Source: Clostridia bacterium
GTDB lineage: Bacteria; Bacillota; Clostridia; UMGS1810
Reading direction: 5' to 3'
Assembly: GCA_017397885.1 (NCBI GenBank)
Contig: JAFQHQ010000199.1
Span: forward strand, 8,603-40,602
DNA length: 32,000 bases
The position numbers and the translations under genes are program-made. The notes under the pieces were generated by a model, which was given only the letters and a program-made list of their open reading frames with translations, was not told the DNA's origin and did not search any database. Shown here piece by piece: positions 15,353 to 23,402 of this stretch. Every line of letters starts with the position of its first letter. Positions within the stretch are counted from its first letter, which is position 1.

Positions 15353-16990
15353 CTATTCAATAGCCATGTAATAATCATATATTTTTTGCTTTCCGGAAAC
15401 GGCACCGCACTCAAAATGAGAAAACTCATCTTCGATTGCCTCTATCAGACCGTCTGCTTCTTCGTCGCTGACATTTTCACCATAAAAAACTGTGATAACC
15501 GATTTTTCGTCAATGTCTTCAAAACTGCGAAGCAAGCCGACAACAGCACTGTTTTTATCCTCTGACACAAAACGGATTTTCCCGTCCGCAATAGCCATAT
15601 ATTCTCCTTCTTTTACGCATACTCCGTCTATTGTTGCATCACGAACAGCTTTTGTGATGCTCACCGAAACAACAGAAGAAAGAGCCATTTCCATGTCTGA
15701 AACAAAGGAATCTATGTCAGGTGCCCAGGTGTTCATCATGGAAAGTGCCGAATAGCCCTCGGCAACGGATTTTGTTTCCAGAACTCTTATGTCACATTTA
15801 TCATACATGCCGGCAGCCTGTTTTGCAGTTGCATATATGTTTGAGTTGTTTGGCAAAACAACGATATGCTCAGCAAAAAGCGAATCAAAAGCATCAAGAA
15901 AATCATGCGCCGAAGGATTGTTAGTCTGACCGCCGTCTATTATTCGGTCTGCTCCTATTTGAGCAAAATAGTCTTTTATGCCGTCGCCCATTGCAACGGT
16001 AACAATTGCATACTTAACTTTTTCGGTTTCTTTTTCAACGGAAGAAGAAACCTCACTGTGCTGAATGGACATATTTTCTATTTTAACAGATATAAATTCA
16101 CCGTAATTTCTGGCAAAAGCCAAAGCTTTTTCAGGCTTGAATGTGTGAACATGAGCCTTAACTATATCTTCATCCAAAACTGCAACAATTGAATCACCTA
16201 TGGTCTGAAGATATGAAATGAACTCTTTTATGGAAAATGCCGCTATGTTTGTTTTGGCATGCATGAGCTGAAGCACAAACTCCGTGCAATAACCATACTC
16301 CAAAACGCTGTCGGGTCCGAAACTGCTGTTTGTCAAAACATTCACATTGCTTTCACGTTCGCTTCCGACTTCAATGATTTCGCCGTCAAGATATGCACAC
16401 ATGCCCTCAATGATGTACAAAATTCCCATTCCGCCGCTATCTACAACATTTGCCTGTTTTAAAACCGGCAACAGCTCGGGAGTATGCTGAAGACTTTTGT
16501 TCATATTCATAAATATATAAGCAAAAGCATCTTTAAAATCCGAAAAATCGCCTGCGCTCTCAAGAGACTCACAGGGCTCGCGAAGAACAGTGAGCATTGT
16601 ACCCTCAACAGGATTCGGAACGGCACTGTAGGCACAGTCCACCCCTTGTCTCATCATGTCTTTAATGTCGGACACATCAATATCATCTTTTGTGCGCAGT
16701 GCATTTGCCCATCCTCGTATAAACTGTGAAAGAATGACACCCGAGTTCCCTCTGGCTGAGAGCAAAACGTTTCTCGAAAACTCCGACATCATTGAAGAAA
16801 CTGTTTCGAAATCTTCCACGCTCTTTAAAATCCCTCCGCCGAGAGTTTTCACCATATTTGTTCCGGTGTCGCCATCGGGAACGGGAAACACGTTCAAATC
16901 ATTCACCTTTGTTTCCATAAGGCACAAATTTCTGTATCCGTTGACAAGCATACCATACAAAGAATTTGCATCAAGTCTCGCTTTGTTCAT
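15353..16990 (-). CDS. fakA: DAK2-domain fatty acid kinase subunit FakA (YloV-like)
   Basis: 545 aa. The N-terminal Dak2 domain has 'LNVFPVPDGDTGTNM' and 'ARGNSGVILSQF', followed by the YloV-type middle and C-terminal domains. It sits directly downstream of two DegV genes. Confidence 0.85.
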   Translation of the reverse strand: MNKARLDANSLYGMLVNGYRNLCLMETKVNDLNVFPVPDGDTGTNMVKTLGGGILKSVEDFETVSSMMSEFSRNVLLSARGNSGVILSQFIRGWANALRTKDDIDVSDIKDMMRQGVDCAYSAVPNPVEGTMLTVLREPCESLESAGDFSDFKDAFAYIFMNMNKSLQHTPELLPVLKQANVVDSGGMGILYIIEGMCAYLDGEIIEVGSERESNVNVLTNSSFGPDSVLEYGYCTEFVLQLMHAKTNIAAFSIKEFISYLQTIGDSIVAVLDEDIVKAHVHTFKPEKALAFARNYGEFISVKIENMSIQHSEVSSSVEKETEKVKYAIVTVAMGDGIKDYFAQIGADRIIDGGQTNNPSAHDFLDAFDSLFAEHIVVLPNNSNIYATAKQAAGMYDKCDIRVLETKSVAEGYSALSMMNTWAPDIDSFVSDMEMALSSVVSVSITKAVRDATIDGVCVKEGEYMAIADGKIRFVSEDKNSAVVGLLRSFEDIDEKSVITVFYGENVSDEEADGLIEAIEDEFSHFECGAVSGKQKIYDYYMAIE

Positions 16991-16993
16991 TGT

Positions 16994-17884
16994 CTATTCA
17001 TTTCCTCCGATAGTTACCTCTTTGCCGTAGCAAAATGATATAATTGTTCCGGGACCAACACATGACCCCACAATCGGACCTATTGTTCCGATGATAACAT
17101 TTTTAAAGGAAATAAGTTTTAAAATCTCATCGCGGAGTTTATGAGCATCTTCAAGACAGTCGGCATGAGAAATAAGAAGCGTATCTTTATCATTTTCATC
17201 AACAATTTCCGCCATTTTTTCGGCAATGCGCCGTTTGGCATTTGCCGCACCCTTAACCTTTTCAACAGCAAGGTTTTGACCGGTTTTGTCGGAAATAATG
17301 ATTGGTTTTATGCCAAACATATTGCCAAAAAAAGCACTTGACGCCTTGACTCTGCCTGCCCGTTTGAGATATTTAAGGTCGTCGGTTGTACCAAACTGAT
17401 TAAAACAGAGTTTGTTTTTTTCAATGTATGAAGCAACATCATCCAAAGATTTCCCTTCTGCTCTCATCATTGAAGCACGAATAAGCATATATCCCTGCCC
17501 CAGAGAACTGCAAAGCGAATCTATGCAAACAACTTTTCTGCCGGGGAATTCGGCTTCAAGCTCTTTTGCTATGATGACGGCAAGATTTACAGATCCCGAA
17601 AGAGCAGACGAGCATGCAATGTAGAGAACATCTTCTCCTTTTTCGAGATAACTTCTGAATTTGTTTATAAATTCTTCGCGCGGGACCTGAGTTGTAAGAA
17701 TTCTCTTTCCGCCGCGCATCATGTCATAGAACTCATGGGAACCGTGATTTTCCCAGTCGAGAGAAGCGTCATATTCCGCTCCGTCGACAACATAGTTCAT
17801 GCGGACATAGTCAATTTCATATTTTTCTCTTATTTCTTTGTCCAGATCGGAAGTTGAGTCTGCAATAACAGCAAATCGGCTCAT
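16994..17884 (-). CDS. fakB: DegV-family fatty-acid-binding protein (FakB-type)
   Basis: 296 aa. 'FAVIADSTSDL' N-terminus, 'TTQVP...' and 'SSALSGS' are typical of DegV. There is a 3 nt gap to fakA. Confidence 0.8.
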   Translation of the reverse strand: MSRFAVIADSTSDLDKEIREKYEIDYVRMNYVVDGAEYDASLDWENHGSHEFYDMMRGGKRILTTQVPREEFINKFRSYLEKGEDVLYIACSSALSGSVNLAVIIAKELEAEFPGRKVVCIDSLCSSLGQGYMLIRASMMRAEGKSLDDVASYIEKNKLCFNQFGTTDDLKYLKRAGRVKASSAFFGNMFGIKPIIISDKTGQNLAVEKVKGAANAKRRIAEKMAEIVDENDKDTLLISHADCLEDAHKLRDEILKLISFKNVIIGTIGPIVGSCVGPGTIISFCYGKEVTIGGNE

Positions 17885-17886
17885 TA

Positions 17887-18837
17887 TTATCCCCTCTTTT
17901 TATTAGAATTTTTTATAATATCATTTAAAATTTCACGTTCTTTTTCTTCACCGTCGGAAATATGCTCTCCGAAATAATATGCGGCACAAAGTCCCGGACC
18001 GATTGACGCTCCGCAAGCCATTCCGACAGAAGTTATGATTACCTCTTTGGGTTTTATGGTTTCGCGAATCATTTCGGCAAGCATCTCGGCTCTTTCATCG
18101 CGATTTGAATGACCCACAAAAATTATTTGCTCCTGCGGATTTACAATGGTTTTTTCAATGTATTCCACCGTTGTTTCCAAAGCGGCTTTTTGCCCCTTAA
18201 CCTTTCCGAGAACCGAAGAAAGACCTTGATTGCTGAAATCGGCAAGAGTATTAACACCGATAAGTGTTCCGAAAAACGCCTTGAAATTTGATATACGTCC
18301 TGTTTTCACGCAGAAAAACAAATCATCGAGAGAACCCATCTGATGAATATTATTTTTTATGCTTTCAAGATACTGCGCAGTTTCCTCTATGGAAGCGCCT
18401 TCCTTTCTTTTCATATCTGCATGAACAATCAGCGGTAAGATTGCCGCAGAATAACGAAGTGAATCTATGCAGATGATTTTTCTTTCGGGATATTTTTTCA
18501 AAAGGTCATCGGCAACACCTTTAACAATTTTGTATGTTCCCGAAATACCCGACGAAAGCGATATACTGAGAATGTCTCTGCCCGATTTCAAAACCGGTTC
18601 AAAAACGTCAACAATCTCTCCCACGGAAGGAGTTGCGGTTTTGTACAGTATCTTTCTGCCCTTCATGGATTCATAATACTCTTTCGGAGTCATGGTTTCC
18701 CAGTCCACATCGGCAAAAACCTGTGTGCCGTCGGGCATATAAACAATACCGCGAATATATTCTTCAATCCCGAATCTGTCTCTGAGTGATTTTGTTACAT
18801 CACCGGACGAATCGGGAATAATTGCAAAATTATTCAT
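17887..18837 (-). CDS. fakB: DegV-family fatty-acid-binding protein (FakB-type), second paralogue with a K/E-rich C-terminal tail
   Basis: 316 aa. 'FAIIPDSSGDV', 'KTATPSVGE' and 'SSGISGTY' are DegV patterns. There is a 2 nt gap to the next DegV gene. Confidence 0.8.
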   Translation of the reverse strand: MNNFAIIPDSSGDVTKSLRDRFGIEEYIRGIVYMPDGTQVFADVDWETMTPKEYYESMKGRKILYKTATPSVGEIVDVFEPVLKSGRDILSISLSSGISGTYKIVKGVADDLLKKYPERKIICIDSLRYSAAILPLIVHADMKRKEGASIEETAQYLESIKNNIHQMGSLDDLFFCVKTGRISNFKAFFGTLIGVNTLADFSNQGLSSVLGKVKGQKAALETTVEYIEKTIVNPQEQIIFVGHSNRDERAEMLAEMIRETIKPKEVIITSVGMACGASIGPGLCAAYYFGEHISDGEEKEREILNDIIKNSNKKRG

Positions 18838-18871
18838 GTATTTAATCCCCCCTATATCTTAACATGCCTTG

Positions 18872-18900
18872 AGTATACCATAACAAGCAAAAAAATTCAA
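18872..18900 (-). promoter_or_regulatory. sigma-A type promoter candidate for the fakB-fakB-fakA-plsX operon
   Basis: On the minus strand: TTGAAT (18900-18895), a 17 nt spacer, then TATACT (18877-18872), about 35 nt upstream of ATG 18837. Confidence 0.5.
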
Positions 18901-18940
18901 CACAAAATGACAAAAAAGTAGTGCATTCTTCAACAAGATG

Positions 18941-18949
18941 TGTTATAAT
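18941..18949 (+). promoter_or_regulatory. Extended -10 promoter candidate (TGtTATAAT) for the + strand hydrolase operon
   Basis: TGTTATAAT lies about 30 nt upstream of ATG 18979 (GGAGG RBS at 18967-18971). The -35 element is poor. Confidence 0.35.
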
Positions 18950-18978
18950 AGCCTTAATTTGTTTCGGAGGTAACTTGT

Positions 18979-19962
18979 ATGTCACTTTGGATTATTATAT
19001 CAATAGTTTTATTTATTCTTTTGTCGGGAATTGTTGCCATGCTCTATGTCACCATGCCGATTGCCAAAAATGTGTATGAGCAGCAGTTGGTCAAGACATC
19101 CGACGAAAAATGGAATCGGGTGTGTTCAGCTCCCGAAAATGAGGAACAGCTCCAAATGTGGAATGATGGCGTGAAATGGGGCGAAGAAAACCGTGCATTT
19201 ATGCAGGAGGTTTCAGTTTCAAGCGACGGTCTCAAACTGTACGGAGAATATTACAACTTCGGCAGTGATAAATGTGCCATCATTTTGCCCGGAAGATGTG
19301 AATGTCTCATATATTCCTATTATTTTGCAAAGCCCTACAAAGAAGCAGGGTTAAATGTTCTGGTGATAGATTCAAGATGTCACGGAAAAAGTGACGGAAA
19401 ATATTCTACCATAGGCGTAAAAGAATCGGAAGATGTTGTAGTCTGGAAAGAATATATGAAAAAAGAGCACGGTGTAAAAAGCTTCTGGATTCACGGAATA
19501 TGCATAGGAAGCGGTGCAGGTCTTTATGCCGCATCATCTCCCGATTGCACCGATGTTTCGGGAATTGTTCTGGAGGGATGTTTTGTATCTTTCCGCGAAT
19601 CGTTTAAGCGTCACATGATTGATATTAACAAGCCCACATTCCCCGTGCTTGACCTTGTTATGTTCAACATCAGACGCTTTGCAAAGGTTAATCCCTATGC
19701 CAAAACGCCTCTTAAGGCAGTAAAAAAGATTCATCAGCCAATTTTGTTTTTGTTTGGAAAGCAGGACAAATTTTCAATTCCTCCAAAAAGTCAAAAGCTT
19801 TTCGAAGCATGCGCCTCAAAAAACAAAAAAATTGTGTGGTTCGACAAGGGCGGACATTCGCATCTCAGAATAAACAATACCGAAAAATACGATAATGCGA
19901 TTAAGGAATTTGTAAATGAACACGAAAACGAAAAATCCGGGAAAAGCCTTCTTCACAATTGA
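18979..19962 (+). CDS. Membrane-anchored alpha/beta hydrolase (COG1073-like) with Cys at the nucleophile-elbow position
   Basis: N-terminal TM helix, 'VLVIDSRCHGKSDG', elbow 'HGICIGSG' (G-x-C-x-G, Cys codon at 19501-19503), and a late 'GKQDK' / 'GGHSH' Asp/His region. Confidence 0.65.
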   Translation: MSLWIIISIVLFILLSGIVAMLYVTMPIAKNVYEQQLVKTSDEKWNRVCSAPENEEQLQMWNDGVKWGEENRAFMQEVSVSSDGLKLYGEYYNFGSDKCAIILPGRCECLIYSYYFAKPYKEAGLNVLVIDSRCHGKSDGKYSTIGVKESEDVVVWKEYMKKEHGVKSFWIHGICIGSGAGLYAASSPDCTDVSGIVLEGCFVSFRESFKRHMIDINKPTFPVLDLVMFNIRRFAKVNPYAKTPLKAVKKIHQPILFLFGKQDKFSIPPKSQKLFEACASKNKKIVWFDKGGHSHLRINNTEKYDNAIKEFVNEHENEKSGKSLLHN

Positions 19963-20791
19963 TGTTGAACGTTTTTCTGACACAGAATGCATATACAAAT
20001 CTGAAGTCCCCGTGAAACAAACCATGCTCGACGGGCTTGACCGTTATATGGAAATTCTTAACAATCACAACATCAAAGCTACGCTTTTTGTGCTGACCGA
20101 TTTTGCCGACGAAATTGCAAACGGGCTGAAAAAACATCTTGCAAACGGTCACAAAATTGCTCTGCACGGCGAGCGTCACATTCCTCCAAAGCTTCTTTCG
20201 GACAACGAATTTGAAAGTCAAATTACAAGAGCAAAGAGCAAACTTGAGGACATGCTGGGCACTCGGGTAATCGGCTATAGAGCGCCATGTTTCGGCATTG
20301 ATCGCCAAAAGCTTGATATTCTTCAAAAATCAGGGTTTTTGTATGATTCAAGCCTCATGGGTTTTTCAAAAGCTCGTCACAACACCGAAATTGACATGAG
20401 TGATTTCAAAAAAATTTCAACATCAACCTTTGAGAAAAACGGTTTTTTTGAATTTGCCATGTCAACCGAAAAAATTTTCGGATTCAATTTCCCCGTATCG
20501 GGCGGAGGATATGTAAGAATATCAAACTGGCTGTTTACAAGATTTATGCTGAAAAAACATTTCATCCGCAGTGATGACTATGTTTTTTATTCACACCCAT
20601 TTGAGTTTTCAAAAGAAAAATTACCCAAAATTAAAACCTTGAAGTCATATGACAAATATTATCTTCAGTGCGGACTTTCGTCATATGTAAAAAAACTTGA
20701 ATTCATTATAAAACAGCTTCAGAAAAACGGATATAATTTTTCCACCTTTGAAGATGAAATACAAAAATCAAACGGAGTGATATACAAATGA
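19916..20791 (+). CDS. Polysaccharide deacetylase (CE4 / NodB fold, DUF3473-type subfamily)
   Basis: 'FFTIDVERF' (the variant TxDVE motif 1 seen in this subfamily), 'ATLFVL', 'ALHGERH' (HxxxH metal motif) and 'GYRAPCF' (RxP motif). The start overlaps the upstream gene by 47 nt. A later Met would delete motif 1. Confidence 0.65.
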   Translation: MNTKTKNPGKAFFTIDVERFSDTECIYKSEVPVKQTMLDGLDRYMEILNNHNIKATLFVLTDFADEIANGLKKHLANGHKIALHGERHIPPKLLSDNEFESQITRAKSKLEDMLGTRVIGYRAPCFGIDRQKLDILQKSGFLYDSSLMGFSKARHNTEIDMSDFKKISTSTFEKNGFFEFAMSTEKIFGFNFPVSGGGYVRISNWLFTRFMLKKHFIRSDDYVFYSHPFEFSKEKLPKIKTLKSYDKYYLQCGLSSYVKKLEFIIKQLQKNGYNFSTFEDEIQKSNGVIYK

Positions 20792-21273
20792 AAATACGAA
20801 GAGCCGTCCTTTCGGATATGCCGGGAATAAACAATCTTTTAAAGCAGGTTCTTGAAGTGCACCACAAAGGCAGACCCGACATTTTTAAAGGCGGATGCAA
20901 AAAATATACAGACGAAGAGCTTTCCGAAATCATAAAAGATGACACACGCCCTATTTTTGTGGCTGCAGAAGATAACGATAAAATTGAAGGATATGCATTT
21001 TGCATTTTTCAGGAACACACAAACGATAACATTCTCACCGACATCAAAACTCTATACATTGATGACCTTTGTGTTGACGAAGCATCACGCAAAAAACACA
21101 TCGGTTCGAAGCTCTACAATTATGTTGTTGACTTTGCAAAAGAAAGCGGTTGCTACAACGTTACATTGAATGTGTGGTCATTGAACGAAGGTGCAATGAA
21201 ATTTTATGAAAAGTGCGGAATGAAACCGCAAAAAACAGGTATGGAAGTAATTTTAGGAGATGAACAAAAATGA
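20788..21273 (+). CDS. GNAT-family N-acetyltransferase
   Basis: 161 aa. 'LYIDDLCVDEASRKKHIGSKLYNYVVDFAKESG' is the acetyl-CoA-binding motif A pattern (Q/RxxGxG/A-like). There is a 4 nt overlap on both sides. Confidence 0.75.
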   Translation: MKIRRAVLSDMPGINNLLKQVLEVHHKGRPDIFKGGCKKYTDEELSEIIKDDTRPIFVAAEDNDKIEGYAFCIFQEHTNDNILTDIKTLYIDDLCVDEASRKKHIGSKLYNYVVDFAKESGCYNVTLNVWSLNEGAMKFYEKCGMKPQKTGMEVILGDEQK

Positions 21274-21941
21274 AAATAACATGGCTTGGTCAGGCGGGAC
21301 TTATGTTTGAAACATCAGGAAAAATCATCATTTGCGATCCGTATCTTTCGGACAGTTGTGCAAAAATCAATCCGAAATCCAAACGCAGGGTTCCCGTTTG
21401 CGAAAGCTTTCTCAAAATAAAACCCGACATAATTCTCCTAACCCACGATCATCTTGATCACACCGACCCCGAAACACTTAGGCATTACATAAACAGCGAC
21501 AAAAAAATGCTTATTCTCGCCTCGGGCAACGCCTGGACAAAAGCAAGAGAACTCGGCGGAGGTCACAACTATGTGGAGTTTAACCGTCACACCCGCTGGA
21601 GCGAAGGCGAAATTGTTTTTAAAGCCGTGAAAGCTCAACATTCCGACCACAGTGCCATAGGCATAATCATTGAAGCGGAGGGCAAAAAATATTACATCAC
21701 GGGAGACACTTTGTGCTGTGAAGACATTTTTGCCGATTTGCCGTCGGATATTGATGTTTGTTTTGTGCCGGTAAACGGGGTGGGCAACAACATGAATTTT
21801 TCTGATGCGGCATATTTTTGCAATCGGATAAATGCAAAGGCAGTTCCGCTTCATTGCGGACTTTTTGACGATATTGATATGAACGAGTTTCCCTATGAAA
21901 ATAAAGTTGTTCCCCAATTTTACAAAGAAATAGAGCTTTAA
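21270..21941 (+). CDS. MBL-fold metallo-hydrolase
   Basis: 'ILLTHDHLDHTD' is the HxHxDH motif. There are downstream His/Asp ligand candidates, and the size (223 aa) is typical. Confidence 0.75.
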   Translation: MKITWLGQAGLMFETSGKIIICDPYLSDSCAKINPKSKRRVPVCESFLKIKPDIILLTHDHLDHTDPETLRHYINSDKKMLILASGNAWTKARELGGGHNYVEFNRHTRWSEGEIVFKAVKAQHSDHSAIGIIIEAEGKKYYITGDTLCCEDIFADLPSDIDVCFVPVNGVGNNMNFSDAAYFCNRINAKAVPLHCGLFDDIDMNEFPYENKVVPQFYKEIEL

Positions 21942-21961
21942 AATGTTGTGCCAAAACAAAT

Positions 21962-22243
21962 TCATTCTTTGCCGAAGCTCCCGGGGAGGTTTCATATTGT
22001 GTAGCCGTACCGCAAGGAAGCAAGGGCGAATATGTAAGCATTATTCCCAAGCTTAAAGCAATTTCATTCTTTCACCACGGTGCTTATGAAAAAATACCCT
22101 AAGCACGAAAAAGACTTGTTTCCTATGCAGAAGAGAACAATATAAAGCTGACAGGCGTATTCCGTAATATTTATCTTGAAGGCCCTCCGCAGCATAAGGA
22201 TAAAAAGAAGTTTATTACACAGATTATTGCAATAGTTAAATAG
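21962..22243 (+). pseudogene. Remnant of a GyrI-like (MerR/AraC effector-binding) domain gene, N-terminally truncated with an in-frame stop
   Basis: Frame 2 reads ...FAEAPGEVSYCVAVPQGSKGEYVSIIPKLKAISFFHHGAYEKIP*ARKRLVSYAEENNIKLTGVFRNIYLEGPPQHKDKKKFITQIIAIVK*. The TAA is at 22100-22102. The pattern matches the C-terminal half of GyrI-like domains. There is no start codon or RBS, and the frame runs straight out of the MBL gene's 3' end. Confidence 0.55.
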
Positions 22244-22246
22244 AAT

Positions 22247-22287
22247 AACAAAGCCTCTAAGAATTTTCAGTTCTTAGAGGCTTTGTT
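22247..22287. terminator. Very strong hairpin / bidirectional terminator
   Basis: Perfect 17 bp stem AACAAAGCCTCTAAGAA (22247-22263) / TTCTTAGAGGCTTTGTT (22271-22287) with a 7 nt loop. It lies between the convergent + and - strand blocks. A second small hairpin ATCAGAC-ggtta-GTCTGAT sits at 22302-22320. Confidence 0.6.
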
Positions 22288-22341
22288 GGTTGATATTGCA
22301 AATCAGACGGTTAGTCTGATAACTTATTCCAAGCCAAAAGA

Positions 22342-23397
22342 TTAATACTCTATCTTTACACTATGACCTTCATCGGCAGATTTTACCACTGCCCTGCACA
22401 CCTTAACGGTTGCCATGCCCTCGTAGCCGTCTGTAGGAACAGGTTTGCCGTCCAAAATCGCTTCGACAAACGCCGTGTGTTCACCGACAACATTATGATT
22501 GTTGAGGCCAACCCGGTAGCTGAGAGTTGCATCCACGTGAGAATCTGCGTGCTTTGAGGTGTAAGCACCGCCAAGAAGCTTGCCTCCGCCGGAGAGATCA
22601 TCACCAAACACTGTGATGAGCCCATCGGTGTTGTCAACGAGAATTGTTCCTTTTGTTCCAAAAATTTCGGTTCTCATTGTGTAGGGGCGTTTTGTGCCTG
22701 AGGACGCCAGAACTCTGCCGATAACATTGCCCGGGAATTTGAAGATGGCTTCAACCGTGTCATCGGTGGGCAAATCCATGATAACCTTTTTGGTGCTGTA
22801 GGCTGTGGTTTCCGTGGGGTTTCCCGCAATCCAGCGAAGAAGGTCTATTGCATGGCATGCACCGCCAACCACAACATGACGAAGGGGATCGGCTCTCCAT
22901 GAATCTTTGTCAACAATGGGTGTGTAGTCATGAGCATAGGTGGATTCCACACAGAAAAGCTCGCCTATAACTCCTTCATCAATAAGCCTTTTGGCTTCTA
23001 TGAATCCCGGGGTCATGCGGCAAATCTGACCTATCATGAGCTTTTTGCCCGAAGCCTTTTGAGCTTTTATCATAGCTTCGCAATCTTCAATTGTGAGAGC
23101 CATGGGTTTTTCGCACAAAACATGCTTGCCTGCGGCAAAGGCTTTTTCGGCATTCTCACGGTGAGTCATGTCGGTTGATGCAATGATTACCGCATCCATT
23201 TCTACAGTTTCAAACATTTCATCAAGATTTGTAAAGCTGGGAAGATCGCAGGGATATTTTTCTTTAAGGCTTTTAAGCGCATCCTCGCTCACATCATAAA
23301 GAGCAACCGCTTCTGCTCTTTTTTGTTCTTTAAGACCGACAAGATGCTGACAACCGAACCCTCCGCATCCGATAATACCAATTTTTAAAATTTCCAT
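22342..23397 (-). CDS. Gfo/Idh/MocA-family NAD(P)-dependent oxidoreductase
   Basis: Rossmann N-terminus 'KIGIIGCGGFGCQH', 'EKPMALT' and a C-terminal alpha/beta domain. The start is 5 nt after the stop of the upstream surface-protein gene. Confidence 0.85.
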   Translation of the reverse strand: MEILKIGIIGCGGFGCQHLVGLKEQKRAEAVALYDVSEDALKSLKEKYPCDLPSFTNLDEMFETVEMDAVIIASTDMTHRENAEKAFAAGKHVLCEKPMALTIEDCEAMIKAQKASGKKLMIGQICRMTPGFIEAKRLIDEGVIGELFCVESTYAHDYTPIVDKDSWRADPLRHVVVGGACHAIDLLRWIAGNPTETTAYSTKKVIMDLPTDDTVEAIFKFPGNVIGRVLASSGTKRPYTMRTEIFGTKGTILVDNTDGLITVFGDDLSGGGKLLGGAYTSKHADSHVDATLSYRVGLNNHNVVGEHTAFVEAILDGKPVPTDGYEGMATVKVCRAVVKSADEGHSVKIEY

Positions 23398-23402
23398 TAC
23401 AA

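Noticed and set aside
19901-20326. 141 aa minus-strand ORF
   Set aside because: It is antisense to the CE4/DUF3473-type deacetylase. It has no motif support.
21438-22050. Two minus-strand ORFs (185 aa and 117 aa)
   Set aside because: They are antisense to the MBL-fold hydrolase (HxHxDH motif) and to the GyrI-like remnant. They have no recognisable motifs or RBS.
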